Below, one piece after another: positions 25,018 through 35,267 of a stretch of 46,295 bases of DNA. The translations under genes were made by a program, and so were the position numbers. The notes beneath the pieces were generated by a model. It did not search any database and was not told the origin of the DNA. It saw only the letters and a list, made by a program, of their open reading frames with translations. The stretch is taken from IMG/VR virus record IMGVR_UViG_3300012942_000012, positions 1-46,295 of that record, one strand, 5' to 3'. Within the stretch, counting starts at the first letter, position 1. Every line of letters starts with the position of its first letter. The DNA comes from a virus (taxonomy: Duplodnaviria; Caudoviricetes).

Positions 25018-26877
25018 ATGGCTGTCGCAGCTGGCGCGAAGTCGCCGGCACTGCTCATCAGGCACGATTATCGGCACATCATCGCCTGGTATCGAGAGAC
25101 ACTGCCCAAGGCTCCCCCGCCGCGCCCCGTGCGCTGGTGGGATGAGAAAGCCGAGGCGTTCGTCACCGAAGATCCCATCAGGATCGGGCGCAGTTGGGAA
25201 TGGACACCCGAAGACGGTTGGGCCTTGCCCGAGCACAGTATGGGCTGGGAAATGCTCGGCTGGTGCGGCTATTGGTTGCGCGACAACGCCGGCCAGGAAT
25301 GGCAATTCACGCCCGAGCAGGCCAGATTCGCGCTCTGGTACGACGAACTCGACGACACCGGCCGCATTCTGCACCGCAATGGGGTGCTGCAGCGGCTCAA
25401 AGGGTGGGGAAAAGACCCGTTCGCGTGCGGCATGTCGTGTTTCCGCGCGTTCGGGCCCACGACGTTCGACCACTGGGGCTCCGATGGACACCCGGTCGGC
25501 CGCGACGAGGAAGCCGCCTGGGTCCAAGTCACGGCGGTGTCCAAAGAGCAGACCAAAAACACGATGAAGCTGTTCCCGGTCATGGTGTCGAAGGAAGCCG
25601 TCAAGCACTTCGGCATCCAGATCGGGCGCGGCAACGTCTGGGGTCTGGGCGATTCCCGCCAGATCGAGGCGACCAGCTCCAACTGGGCCGCGATCGAAGG
25701 CAATCGTGTCACCCAGGCGATTCGTAACGAACCGCAGAACTGGACCGACCGCTTCGAAGGCCATGAACTGGCCGGCGCGATCGACGGTAACGCCACCAAG
25801 ATGCGCGGCCGCATCCTCGACATCGAGAACGCCTACCGGCCCGGCCAAGACAGCGTCGCCGAACGCGTCCGCGAAGCCTGGGAAGCCACCCAGGCCGGCG
25901 GCGAACGCAAGGCGACCGCGCGGTCATTCGGGCTGTATTACGACTCGCTGGAAGCCCCCGCCGCCGCGCCGCTGACCGAGGACGCCGCCCCAGGTGTCCT
26001 CGAAGTAGTCCGTGGTGATTCGACCTGGCTCGACATTCCCTCGCTGGTCGAATCGATCCTGAACGGTTCGAATACGCCCTCGGAATCACGGCGCAAGTGG
26101 TACAACCAGATCACCGCGACGGCAGACGCGTGGACGACCCCGCAAGAGTTCGACAACTGCTACCGCGACGAGAAACCCGAACCCGGCGAACCGATCCTGC
26201 TTTTCGGCGACGGATCGAAGTCAGACGACAACACCGCGGCGGTCGGCGTGCGGATTTCTGACGGCATGGTGTTCCCGGTCGGCGTCTGGGTGCCCGACAA
26301 GGTCAAAGAGGGACAACGCGAAATATCGCTGCCCGTCGACCGCGGCCAGGTCGACCTCGACATCCGGCGCTGGCTCACCGACTACGACGTCTGGGGATTC
26401 TGGTTTGATCCGTCCGACGCCCGCGACGACGAGACCGGCGAACGCTACTGGGAACCCTATCTCGACGGATGGGCACGCGACTTTCGGACCAAGCTGCGCC
26501 GGATGCCGGCGGTCAAGACCGGCCCATCCCAGCACCTGATCACCTGGGACATGCGCAACCCGATGCATCTCAAGCAGCACACCGAAGCGTGTGAACGCAC
26601 CGCGACTGATCTTCGCGACCAGACGTTGTTCCACTGCTGCCCGCGCCCCGAAGGCCGCCGGCGCGGCGGTATCGGCGTGCTGGTACGCCAGCACGTCCTC
26701 AACGCCCGGCGGCGACCGAACAAATTCGGCATCGGCGTGGGCAAAAAACATCGCCAATCCAGGCAGAAAGTCGACGCGGCGGTCTGCATGATCGGCGCGC
26801 GCATGATGTGGAACCAGCACAACCAGGCAGAACGCAAAGGCCGGGCCCCGGGCAAGGGCCGGATCACCACCTACTAG
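25018..26877 (+). CDS. terL: Terminase large subunit
   Basis: QRLKGWGKDP Walker A, FGDGSKSDD nuclease motif, KVDAAV. Confidence 0.92.
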   Translation: MAVAAGAKSPALLIRHDYRHIIAWYRETLPKAPPPRPVRWWDEKAEAFVTEDPIRIGRSWEWTPEDGWALPEHSMGWEMLGWCGYWLRDNAGQEWQFTPEQARFALWYDELDDTGRILHRNGVLQRLKGWGKDPFACGMSCFRAFGPTTFDHWGSDGHPVGRDEEAAWVQVTAVSKEQTKNTMKLFPVMVSKEAVKHFGIQIGRGNVWGLGDSRQIEATSSNWAAIEGNRVTQAIRNEPQNWTDRFEGHELAGAIDGNATKMRGRILDIENAYRPGQDSVAERVREAWEATQAGGERKATARSFGLYYDSLEAPAAAPLTEDAAPGVLEVVRGDSTWLDIPSLVESILNGSNTPSESRRKWYNQITATADAWTTPQEFDNCYRDEKPEPGEPILLFGDGSKSDDNTAAVGVRISDGMVFPVGVWVPDKVKEGQREISLPVDRGQVDLDIRRWLTDYDVWGFWFDPSDARDDETGERYWEPYLDGWARDFRTKLRRMPAVKTGPSQHLITWDMRNPMHLKQHTEACERTATDLRDQTLFHCCPRPEGRRRGGIGVLVRQHVLNARRRPNKFGIGVGKKHRQSRQKVDAAVCMIGARMMWNQHNQAERKGRAPGKGRITTY

Positions 26878-26894
26878 CGGAGCGGAGAATCAGC

Positions 26895-28466
26895 TTGTCG
26901 CAGCCGATGCAGCCGTTGGTCACGCTCCAAAGCGTGGGCGACCTGATCCCCGAATTGTTGTTCGCACCCGATGTGAGCAACGGGGACCTATCACCGACCG
27001 AAAAGCGTGTGATGGCATGGCTTTCCGCGCGACTGATGGACGGCAAACAGCGCGTCGAGCTCGAGATCTCCGAGCTGTACCTCGACGGGCTGAACACCGT
27101 GCCATCGTTAGGGATCAGCGTGCCTCCCGAGCTGGAACCGCTGCGAGCGGTGCTGGGCTGGTGCGAAACGGCGATCGCCGCCCGCTCGGAGCGATTGAAC
27201 GTGCAGGGCTTTCGCATGCCGAACGAAAAGACGGTGAACTCCACGCTCCAACAGATTTGGCAGCACAACAACCTCGACGCCGAGGCGCCGCTGGTCCATG
27301 AGCAGGCGATGGCGCTGGGCTGGTCCTACGGCATCGTCGGGGTCAGCGATGACGGCTCGGGAATCCCGCTGATTACCACCGAGTCCCCGCTGCACATGTC
27401 GGCCGCATGGGATCCGCGCAAACGCGAGATTTCGGCGGCGTTCCAGACCTATCGCGACAACGACCCGACCTCGGACACCTTCGGCCGCCAACTCGCCACG
27501 CTCTACATGCGTGACGCGATCGTGCAGCTGGCCAGCGGTGCCAACGGCTGGCAGGTGCAGGACCGCAACGACCATCAGCAGGGCTTCGTGCCGGTGGTGC
27601 AGTTCACTCCGCGAGCGAAGTTCAAGGACCGCCTGTGCGGACGCTCGGAGATGACCCCGGCATGGCGCAACACCCAGGACCGCGCCGCGCGGACGCTGGT
27701 GCGGATGGAAATCGCCGGCGAATTCTTCGCCGCGGCAAAGGTTTACATCCTGGGCGCATCCGAAGAATCATTCCAGAAAAAGGACGGCACCAAAGCATCG
27801 GCGTGGGAGACCTACACCGGACGGTTGTCGACATTGGAAGCCGACGAGAACGGCGAACTGCCCCAGGTGGTACGCCACGCGGGGGAATCCCCCGACGGCT
27901 TCATCTCGACGCTCAACCAGGAGCGCAGCATCATGGCCGGCCACACCGGCCTGGCCCCCCAATACCTGGGCATCTTCTCCGACGGCAACCCGGCCTCCGC
28001 TGATGCGATCCGCATGTCGGATTTTCGGCTCAAGACCATCGCTGACCGGCTCTCGCTGCCGCTGGGCAACGAATGGGAACGGCTGATGACCTACGCGCTG
28101 AAGATGAGCGACGAATACACCCCGGCCGCCGACCAGATGGAAACCGACTGGGCTTACACCGGCATCCCCACCCCGGCCGCCGACACCACACGCGTCACCC
28201 AGCAGGTCGCCGCGGGCATGGTGCCGGCCGACTCCGACGACGCGCTCGCCGAGGTCGGCTGGTCACCCGTGCAGCGGGCCAGGATCGCCGCCGACCGGTC
28301 ACGCCAGCAGGGCCTGGCCGCGATCGGACAAACCCTGGCCGGCCTCAAACCCCCGCCACAGCAGCCAGACCAGCAGACGCCGGCGCAGGCGACCGATGGT
28401 GAGCAGCCACAGGCATTGCAGGCATTGAACTCGGCGCGGTCCACCGATGGCGCAGCCGCCGGCTGA
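26895..28466 (+). CDS. Portal protein (SPP1 gp6-like)
   Basis: Follows terL; IWQHNNLD, GRSEMT and NPASADAIR motifs; GGAG RBS before TTG 26895 (or ATG 26907). Confidence 0.88.
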   Translation: MSQPMQPLVTLQSVGDLIPELLFAPDVSNGDLSPTEKRVMAWLSARLMDGKQRVELEISELYLDGLNTVPSLGISVPPELEPLRAVLGWCETAIAARSERLNVQGFRMPNEKTVNSTLQQIWQHNNLDAEAPLVHEQAMALGWSYGIVGVSDDGSGIPLITTESPLHMSAAWDPRKREISAAFQTYRDNDPTSDTFGRQLATLYMRDAIVQLASGANGWQVQDRNDHQQGFVPVVQFTPRAKFKDRLCGRSEMTPAWRNTQDRAARTLVRMEIAGEFFAAAKVYILGASEESFQKKDGTKASAWETYTGRLSTLEADENGELPQVVRHAGESPDGFISTLNQERSIMAGHTGLAPQYLGIFSDGNPASADAIRMSDFRLKTIADRLSLPLGNEWERLMTYALKMSDEYTPAADQMETDWAYTGIPTPAADTTRVTQQVAAGMVPADSDDALAEVGWSPVQRARIAADRSRQQGLAAIGQTLAGLKPPPQQPDQQTPAQATDGEQPQALQALNSARSTDGAAAG

Positions 28467-29280
28467 CGTCAGGCAGCAATCGCAGATCAACGCCGGCATC
28501 GTGGCGTTGGCGGCGACGCAGACCGCACGGCTGTGGCCGAGCGTGGATTGGGACTCACCGGCGGCAGCAGGCGCCGTTCGGACACTGTATGGCGCGATCG
28601 TCGACCGATTCGGGCAGTCGGCGGCTGCGGTCGCCGCGCAGTTCTACGACGAGCAGCGGTCAGCGGCCAACGTACCCGGGCAGTATGTGGCGTCGTTGTC
28701 GGATCCGCTGCCGCCGGTGATGCTCGACAAGATCGTCACCTCAGCCTTCCTGGGTGGCCAACCATCCAGCGACATCCCCGCGTCGCAACAGACGACCAGC
28801 GACTTACCGGTCGATCAGATGGTCTCCCGGCGCCTCGACGGCCAGCTGCAACGCCTGGTGCTGCAGCCCGGCCGCGACACCATCGCCGCGAACACCGACT
28901 CCGACCCCGCGCGGGCACGCTACGTGCGAGTTCCCCAAGGCGCGAAAACCTGCGCGTTCTGCGTGATGCTGGCCTCACGCGAACTCGGCCCCATCGCCGG
29001 CCCGCAGAAACGCAGCTTCGGCGGTTACCACCCGGCAAACGTCCGATTCGACGAGGAAACCCAGGCGCTGCACGTCTTTGCCAAGAACGGGGCCAAATAT
29101 CACGACCACTGCGACTGCGAGGCGGTTCCTGTGTTTCCCGGCGCCGCCACGGCCGTCGATGTTTCACCGAACATCGAGGATTACCAGGACATGTACCGCA
29201 AGGCGACCGCTGACGCCGGCACTCACAGCGACACGAAGAAAATCCTGGCCTCGATGCGCCGGATACACGGCCTCAGATAG
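28447..29280 (+). CDS. MuF-like/capsid-maturation-associated protein
   Basis: TCAFCVMLASR...YHDHCDC; between portal and scaffold. Confidence 0.75.
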   Translation: MAQPPADVRQQSQINAGIVALAATQTARLWPSVDWDSPAAAGAVRTLYGAIVDRFGQSAAAVAAQFYDEQRSAANVPGQYVASLSDPLPPVMLDKIVTSAFLGGQPSSDIPASQQTTSDLPVDQMVSRRLDGQLQRLVLQPGRDTIAANTDSDPARARYVRVPQGAKTCAFCVMLASRELGPIAGPQKRSFGGYHPANVRFDEETQALHVFAKNGAKYHDHCDCEAVPVFPGAATAVDVSPNIEDYQDMYRKATADAGTHSDTKKILASMRRIHGLR

Positions 29281-29303
29281 CCACGCCAGCAACAGTTTTC
29301 AGA

Positions 29304-29329
29304 CCGTCTCGAAAGGGGACGGCGTTTTT
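29304..29329 (+). terminator. Intrinsic terminator-like hairpin
   Basis: CCGTCTC-GAAAG-GGGACGG followed by CGTTTTT. Confidence 0.5.
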
Positions 29330-29352
29330 GGATGCCTAGGAGGCACACCGTC

Positions 29353-30135
29353 ATGACCGCACCGACCCCCAACAACATGCCCGGCGCCGCGCCCGCCGCC
29401 GGCGCCGTGACCGGCACACCCGGCGCGCAGCCCCCCGCCCCGCTGGAAGCCGCTGCCGCGGCCGCAACCGGCGGCGTCCCGCAGCCCCCGGCGCCCCCGG
29501 CCGCCGACCAGGGCGCCGACAACCGGCCCCCGTGGGAAAAATCCGGCGAACCCTTCGACGAACAACGCGCCTGGACCCACATCCAGAACCTGCAGCGCGA
29601 CCTCGCCGACTACAAAGACCTGCGCGGCGAGCTGCGCAACACCCGCAAGGCCGAAGCCGCGCTCGAGGAATACAAGACCCAAGTCGCGCCGATCATCGAA
29701 GAACGCGAACGGCTCCGCCGCGCCTCGCAGACAGACCTCGACCGCGCCAACGAAGACCTGGGCACCCTGACCACCGAACGCGACGACTGGCGCACGCTGG
29801 CCATCCGGTCCAAGGCCGAAGCGTTGGCCGCCGCCAAGAATTTCGTCGACACCGAAACCGCCCTGGCACTGATGGGCGATGTGTCGCAGTTCGCCAACGG
29901 CAACAGCATCGACGTCGACGGCTTGACCGCCCGGCTCGATGAGCTCGCCGCCGACAAACCGTTCCTGGTCGCTGCCCCAACGCAGCCCCCGGGATTCACC
30001 CCCAACCGAGCGCAAGGCCAGTCAGGCACCGGCCAGGTTCCTTTGGACGCACAGATTCAAGCCGCGCAGGCCCGCGGCGATCACCTGTCGTCCATCGCTC
30101 TCAAGCAGCAGAAATACCACCAGCAAGCAAGATAG
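29353..30135 (+). CDS. Scaffolding protein
   Basis: AGGAGG RBS; Pro/Ala-rich N-terminus, FDEQRAW motif, coiled coil; precedes capsid. Confidence 0.8.
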   Translation: MTAPTPNNMPGAAPAAGAVTGTPGAQPPAPLEAAAAAATGGVPQPPAPPAADQGADNRPPWEKSGEPFDEQRAWTHIQNLQRDLADYKDLRGELRNTRKAEAALEEYKTQVAPIIEERERLRRASQTDLDRANEDLGTLTTERDDWRTLAIRSKAEALAAAKNFVDTETALALMGDVSQFANGNSIDVDGLTARLDELAADKPFLVAAPTQPPGFTPNRAQGQSGTGQVPLDAQIQAAQARGDHLSSIALKQQKYHQQAR

Positions 30136-30147
30136 GAGCCATCCATC

Positions 30148-31395
30148 ATGGCCGGAATCACCGGAATGGGCACCACCTTCAACCTGCCCAACTACCACGG
30201 CGAACTGTTCGCCATCACCCCGACCGACACCCCCCTACTGTCGATGGCCGGCGGCATCGGCGGCGGCAAGCAGACCACGTCGACCCTGTTCGACTGGCAG
30301 ACCTACGACCTGCGCGACCCCGCTTCACGGCCGCGTTTGGAAGGTGCCGACGCCCCCAACGCCGAGGCCCGCGTGCGCGCCGAGGTCCGCAACGTCGTGC
30401 AGATCTTCCAAGAGGCGGTCACCACCTCCTACACCAAGCAGGCCGCGGTCGGCCAGTACACCACCCCGGGCAGCGCACCGTTCTTCCAGTCGGACGGGCT
30501 GGGCGGGGACGCCGCTATCGGCAACGAGCACACCTGGCAGGTCGCCCAGGCGCTCAAGCAGATCGCCCGCGACGTCAACTACACCTTCTGGAACTCCAAG
30601 CAGGTCATCCCCAGTGACAACACCGTCGCACGCCAGACGGCCGGGCTGCTACAGGTCATCCAGACCAACAAGGTGTTCGCCGGCGGCAGCAGTGAGGAAG
30701 TCACCGCCTCCTCGGCCACCGACACCATCACCGCGGCCAGCAACGGCCTGTCCAACGGCGACCAGGTCGTGTTCACCGACCCCGACGTCGCCACCGGGAT
30801 CCGCACCGACCGCACCTACTACGTGGTCAGCGCGGCATCGGGCACCTTCAAGGTGGCCGCCACCCCGGGTGGCACCGCGATCACACTGGGCACCGCGGCA
30901 CCGAAGTACGTGCGCGTCAGCGGTGCCAGCGGCACCACTCCGGTCACCGTCGACCTGGTGAACGCGTTCATCCAGCAGATCTTCGACAACGGCGGCCTGA
31001 CCGAGGGCGACACGCGCACCCTGTTCGTCCCCTCGATCCAGAAGACCCGGCTGACCAAGGCATACGCCACCGCCTACGGGTCCAACGTCAACGGCGCCCT
31101 GTCGGCCAACGCCGGCAGCACCGTGGTCGGCGGGGTCAAGGTCGACAAGATCGTCACCGACTTCGGCGAACTCAACCTCGTCGTCGAGCGCGCTCTGCCG
31201 AAGGACGCCATCGTCGCGGTGTCGATGGAGATGGTCGACCCGGTCTTCCTGAGCATCCCCAACAAGGGCGTGCTGTTCGAGGAAGCGTTGGCCAAGACCG
31301 GCGCTGCGGACAAGACGCAGATCTACGGCGAGATCGGGCTGGCGTACGGCGCAGAACATGCGCACGGCGTGCTGCGCGGTCTGGCGGTCGCATAG
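30148..31395 (+). CDS. Major capsid protein with insertion domain
   Basis: GITGMGTTFNLPNYHGELF..NVVQIFQE..IYGEIGL..HG (SU10/DUF5309-like); AGGAG RBS. Confidence 0.85.
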   Translation: MAGITGMGTTFNLPNYHGELFAITPTDTPLLSMAGGIGGGKQTTSTLFDWQTYDLRDPASRPRLEGADAPNAEARVRAEVRNVVQIFQEAVTTSYTKQAAVGQYTTPGSAPFFQSDGLGGDAAIGNEHTWQVAQALKQIARDVNYTFWNSKQVIPSDNTVARQTAGLLQVIQTNKVFAGGSSEEVTASSATDTITAASNGLSNGDQVVFTDPDVATGIRTDRTYYVVSAASGTFKVAATPGGTAITLGTAAPKYVRVSGASGTTPVTVDLVNAFIQQIFDNGGLTEGDTRTLFVPSIQKTRLTKAYATAYGSNVNGALSANAGSTVVGGVKVDKIVTDFGELNLVVERALPKDAIVAVSMEMVDPVFLSIPNKGVLFEEALAKTGAADKTQIYGEIGLAYGAEHAHGVLRGLAVA

Positions 31396-31400
31396 GGCCG

Positions 31401-32081
31401 ATGGGCGATTACCCCGCCTACCCCGGCCCGTACGCCGACCAATCCAATCTGGCGGCGTACTGGCGGCCACTGACGCAGGCCGAGCAGAGCAGGGCAACCG
31501 CTCTGCTCGGCGCTGCCGCCGACGCGATCAACGAACTGCCGGGCGCAGCGAACTTCGTGAGCACCGCCCGTCACTGGGTGTCGCTGGACATGGTCAAGCG
31601 GGCCATGATCGGCGGCGACGGCGACGGCACAAAGTCACTGTCGCAGGCGATGGCCGGCATGACCGCCACCCAGCAATTCATCAACCCCACCGGGGCGCTT
31701 TACATCACGACCAAAGAACGCAACCGGCTGCGCGGCCGGTTCGGCCAGGCCGCCGGCTCGGTCGTGCTGGGGTCCAATGTTCGTGTCCCCGAACAGCCGT
31801 GGAACTTTCAGCCATCGTTCCAGGCTCCTCGCGTCGACTGGGTATTCGTCTACCCCGTCGGCATCGCGCTGGGCGTCGGCCAGGAACGCAACCTCATGTT
31901 CATGGCGGCCACCTGGTGGGAGTACGAGGACCGCACCGACTATGCGCAATGGTCGACCTCGGATCCCACGGTGGCCACGGTAGGCAATGACGGCATCGTG
32001 ACCGCGGTCGCGGTGGGCACGGCCACGATCACCGGCACCTACGAGGGCATGTCGGCCTCAAGCACGGTGACCGTGTCCTGA
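31401..32081 (+). CDS. Head-to-tail adaptor fused to an Ig-like (Big_2) domain
   Basis: WRPLT..RATALL..NPTGALYIT, then WSTSDPTVATV..GIVTAVAVGTATIT. Confidence 0.75.
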   Translation: MGDYPAYPGPYADQSNLAAYWRPLTQAEQSRATALLGAAADAINELPGAANFVSTARHWVSLDMVKRAMIGGDGDGTKSLSQAMAGMTATQQFINPTGALYITTKERNRLRGRFGQAAGSVVLGSNVRVPEQPWNFQPSFQAPRVDWVFVYPVGIALGVGQERNLMFMAATWWEYEDRTDYAQWSTSDPTVATVGNDGIVTAVAVGTATITGTYEGMSASSTVTVS

Positions 32082-32428
32082 TGGGGCTGATTCAGGCGCC
32101 ATACGCCCCGCAGGTCGCTTTCGAACGGCCCACCGAAGACGCCGACGGCAACGCCGCGTGGGTTCCGGTCGCCACCGTGCCGGCCGTGGTCGAACTGACC
32201 GGTCCGGGCCTGGAAAGCGGTTCGGGCACCACCTACGCCCAAGGCGGCACGGTCTTCGTACCACGAGGGTCAGCCCTCAAGGTGGGCGACCGATTCGAGT
32301 ACGGGGGCAGCAAATACATGCTCGCCGGCGGCCCGAACGGCGACATGGACCACCCGTTCACCGGAACGGATTTCGGCTGGGTGTCCTACACCTTCATCGG
32401 TCAGATCGCGCGATGGGGGCGCGGATAA
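32081..32428 (+). CDS. Head-to-tail stopper
   Basis: Position and size; VFVPRG..GDRF. Confidence 0.65.
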   Translation: MGLIQAPYAPQVAFERPTEDADGNAAWVPVATVPAVVELTGPGLESGSGTTYAQGGTVFVPRGSALKVGDRFEYGGSKYMLAGGPNGDMDHPFTGTDFGWVSYTFIGQIARWGRG

Positions 32429-32429
32429 A

Positions 32430-32801
32430 ATGCTCGAACTGGACCTCCCCGACCCCAATCCCGCACTGGCGCAAGTGCTTGTCGGCCCCGAGATCCATGC
32501 CGCCCTGGAAGCAATCGGCACGATTGCGCACGCGCTGTATGTGGCAGAGGTCGCCAAACGCAGCGGCAGACTCGCCGGTTCGGCGCTGATGCAGATCGAA
32601 ATCGGTGGGGTCAAACAGGACCGCCACGTGTGTCACCTCACGACGGGCGTGGGGCTGGCCTACGGGGCGGCCCACCAGTTCGGGCACTGGCAAGACGAAT
32701 CGCACCTCATCGGCGCCACCGCCGCGCCCGGGGAATCGCACGTCTTCATCCCCGGCGGCCACGAACTCAACCGTGTCCTCGAACAGATCGGCAACCTGTA
32801 A
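32430..32801 (+). CDS. Neck/tail completion protein
   Basis: VAKRSGRLA..YGAAHQFG; position. Confidence 0.6.
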   Translation: MLELDLPDPNPALAQVLVGPEIHAALEAIGTIAHALYVAEVAKRSGRLAGSALMQIEIGGVKQDRHVCHLTTGVGLAYGAAHQFGHWQDESHLIGATAAPGESHVFIPGGHELNRVLEQIGNL

Positions 32802-33298
32802 TGGTCACGCTTCCCCAGTGGTATCAGGGTGGCTATCCCGACATCGAAAAGCTGCTGCGCGCGCTGCTGCAGCCCCTGCTCTCCGACGTCAACGTGGTGT
32901 CATGGATTCCCAAACCCGATGTCTACCAAGCGGAACTGGATGCCGGCCGCGGATACCTGCGCACCTACCGCACCGGGGGCGCCATGAACCTGATCGCCCA
33001 GAACCGCGACGAACCACGCGTGCAATTCGCCGCGTTATGTCCCTCGCGCGACGAATCCTGGCAGCTGATCGAATTCATTCGCCAAGTGCTGTCATGCTTT
33101 ATCCGAGAAACCGGTGTGCTGCTCAACCTCGACGGCACGCCAGTCAAGTTCGCTGCGGAAGGCGAAATCGCCGGGCCGCAACTGATACCCGAGCTGTTGC
33201 AGGACGACAAGCTCGTTCCCATCACATTCCAGCTATTCACCTGGAAACCCAAAGGGCTGCCCGACTACCGCGCGGCGCTCAACCTTCCCGACCTGTGA
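32801..33298 (+). CDS. Tail terminator
   Basis: TAATG coupling; LPQWY.GGYPD.E..RTGG; precedes major tail. Confidence 0.7.
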   Translation: MVTLPQWYQGGYPDIEKLLRALLQPLLSDVNVVSWIPKPDVYQAELDAGRGYLRTYRTGGAMNLIAQNRDEPRVQFAALCPSRDESWQLIEFIRQVLSCFIRETGVLLNLDGTPVKFAAEGEIAGPQLIPELLQDDKLVPITFQLFTWKPKGLPDYRAALNLPDL

Positions 33299-33314
33299 GA
33301 AAGGGTTACCCCAA

Positions 33315-34250
33315 ATGTCAACCATCGCTGAACTTTTGCAGTCAGGCCAGCCGGACCTCGAACTCGCAGCCGTCACGCCGCGGGTACTGCTGGCCCCCTA
33401 CTACGGCACCCAGCCGTTGCTGACCATCGAAGACGCCACCAACGGCGGCATCGACGCCGCCAAAGTGGGATACGGCACGTCGCCGTTCGTCACCGTCGGC
33501 AACTATGAGAAGAAAGCCGGCGCCAAGCTGTCGAACAAGCCGACGCTGAACAAGATCATGTCCGCCGGGTACGGCTCGCCGACACGCAACCTGTTCTCCG
33601 AGAGCGGGAAGTCGATCACCTACACACCGCAGGAAATCAACCTGATCAACCTGCAAAACGCGTGGGGATTCACCCCCGACGCGGTCTCGGCCCCGTCGAC
33701 CAAGGGCGGCATCACGATCGGGATCCCGTCGCTTCCCGCGCGGATGCTGTGGCGCGTCGTGCTGATCGCCGCCGACACCGCGCCCAGCGGCAAGCCGATC
33801 TACCTGTACTGGATCGCCAACCGCGCCGAAGCCGGTGACCGCCAGGATATCAACGCCGTGGACTCCAACGTCTACGAGCACGGTGTGACGCTGGACTTCC
33901 AAGACGACCCCGCGGTCGAAGACCAGGTCATCTTCGGGATCTGCGGCGACGGCTGGGTCGACCTGAACGCCAACAACAACACCGGCCTGTACCCGGCCGA
34001 AACCGGGATCACCGTCACGCCGGCGACCGCCACGCTGACGGCCGCCACCGGTGCCGGTCACACCCAGCAACTGGTGGTCAAGGACTCCAACAACGAGACC
34101 GTGACCAGCCAGTCGACGTTCAGCTCGTCGGACCAGACCAAGGCGACGGTGTCCACCGGCGGCCTGATCACCGGCGTCGCCGTGGGCAGCGCCACCATCA
34201 CCGCCACCCACAAGGGATTCACCGCCACCTGCGCGGTGACCGTCTCCTAA
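33315..34250 (+). CDS. Major tail protein with C-terminal Ig-like domain
   Basis: Position; C-terminal ITVTPATATL..SSDQTKATVS..GLITGVAVGSATIT. Confidence 0.85.
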   Translation: MSTIAELLQSGQPDLELAAVTPRVLLAPYYGTQPLLTIEDATNGGIDAAKVGYGTSPFVTVGNYEKKAGAKLSNKPTLNKIMSAGYGSPTRNLFSESGKSITYTPQEINLINLQNAWGFTPDAVSAPSTKGGITIGIPSLPARMLWRVVLIAADTAPSGKPIYLYWIANRAEAGDRQDINAVDSNVYEHGVTLDFQDDPAVEDQVIFGICGDGWVDLNANNNTGLYPAETGITVTPATATLTAATGAGHTQQLVVKDSNNETVTSQSTFSSSDQTKATVSTGGLITGVAVGSATITATHKGFTATCAVTVS

Positions 34251-34264
34251 CCCACCACCACACA

Positions 34265-34312
34265 CGCGGATGTGGCCCCGTCGGGCAAGCAGCCCGGCGG
34301 GGCTCATCCGCG
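34265..34312 (+). terminator. Long GC-rich hairpin after the major tail gene
   Basis: CGCGGATG..GCCCCGTCGGGC / GCCCGGCGGGGC..CATCCGCG. Confidence 0.55.
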
Positions 34313-34335
34313 CATGTCTTTGAAAGGGGCAGCTA

Positions 34336-34830
34336 GTGGCTGCACGACAGAACACCAAACGCGCGAACGGCGCCGAACTCGGCGAACTTTCCGGCAGGCT
34401 CCGCGACCTGTTCGCCAAAACCGTTGTGCCCGAACCGTATGCGGTCACCGACAAGATTGTCGTCGCACCGCCCACCAAGGGGGCCTGGGCCGAACTCGAT
34501 GCATTGCAAGCGCGACGCTCGGCGGTGCAACTGCTGATCGCCGAGGCGTGGAACCGGATGGGCAAAGCTAACGCGCCCACCGCCGATGACTTCGACGAGC
34601 TCAACAAACAGGCCAGCGAAGCCGAAACCCGTTACAACGAACTGTTTTTCGGCACAAACTGGCCCAAGATCCAGCAACTGTCACAGAGCTGGCAGCGCGA
34701 GCAATGGAACGAATTCGTCCAAGACATCCGCGCGCACTTCCTGGGCCAGCGACCCGATGACGGCAAGTGCCCGCGGTGCGGTCACGTCGACGAGGAACAA
34801 GCGGGAAAACACTTAAGTCCCTCGACCTGA
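34336..34830 (+). CDS. Tail assembly chaperone (G)
   Basis: Between major tail and tape measure; slippery site near its 3' end. Confidence 0.85.
   Translation: MAARQNTKRANGAELGELSGRLRDLFAKTVVPEPYAVTDKIVVAPPTKGAWAELDALQARRSAVQLLIAEAWNRMGKANAPTADDFDELNKQASEAETRYNELFFGTNWPKIQQLSQSWQREQWNEFVQDIRAHFLGQRPDDGKCPRCGHVDEEQAGKHLSPST
34803..34809 (+). other. Programmed -1 frameshift site G GGA AAA
   Basis: In-frame XXXYYYZ heptamer; the -1 frame is open to 35267. Confidence 0.85.
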
Positions 34831-35267
34831 TCGATCACTACTGGGATGAAATCGAAGGCGACTTCGCGCGTTTCCTGCATGTCGACGCCCGCGATTTCAT
34901 CCGCGGTACCCGGCCGTGGGACCAGTTCCTGACCTACTGCGACACCGTCGCTCAAATCGAAGGCGGCCGGCTGTATGCGGTGCAACTGTCCGACCCCCGC
35001 TACCTCGACGAGATCGAAAAGCGGCTCGCCGAGGCGCAAGCAGCTAACAGCAACGGCCGCCCGGCGTTGGCCGGCTACACCGCAGAAATCAAAGCCCTCG
35101 ACCGGGTCGCCAACCAGATACGGCTGCTGATCCGCGTCATGACCCAGTCAGACATCGGATTCATCGAAGGCCCCGAAGGGCCCATCGACCAACTCAATGC
35201 CCGACGAAAGCAACTCAGCGACTCGCTCGTCGACGCCGCACTCGGATACGTGGAAGAGGTGAATTAG
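34809..35267 (+). CDS. Tail assembly chaperone frameshift extension (GT)
   Basis: YWDEIEGDFARF..D.RDF in the -1 frame. Confidence 0.8.
   Translation, partial: TLKSLDLIDHYWDEIEGDFARFLHVDARDFIRGTRPWDQFLTYCDTVAQIEGGRLYAVQLSDPRYLDEIEKRLAEAQAANSNGRPALAGYTAEIKALDRVANQIRLLIRVMTQSDIGFIEGPEGPIDQLNARRKQLSDSLVDAALGYVEEVN

Noticed and set aside
25053-25077. TTATCGGC XerC-like arm
   Set aside because: Within terL, and the partner arm matches only about 4 of 8
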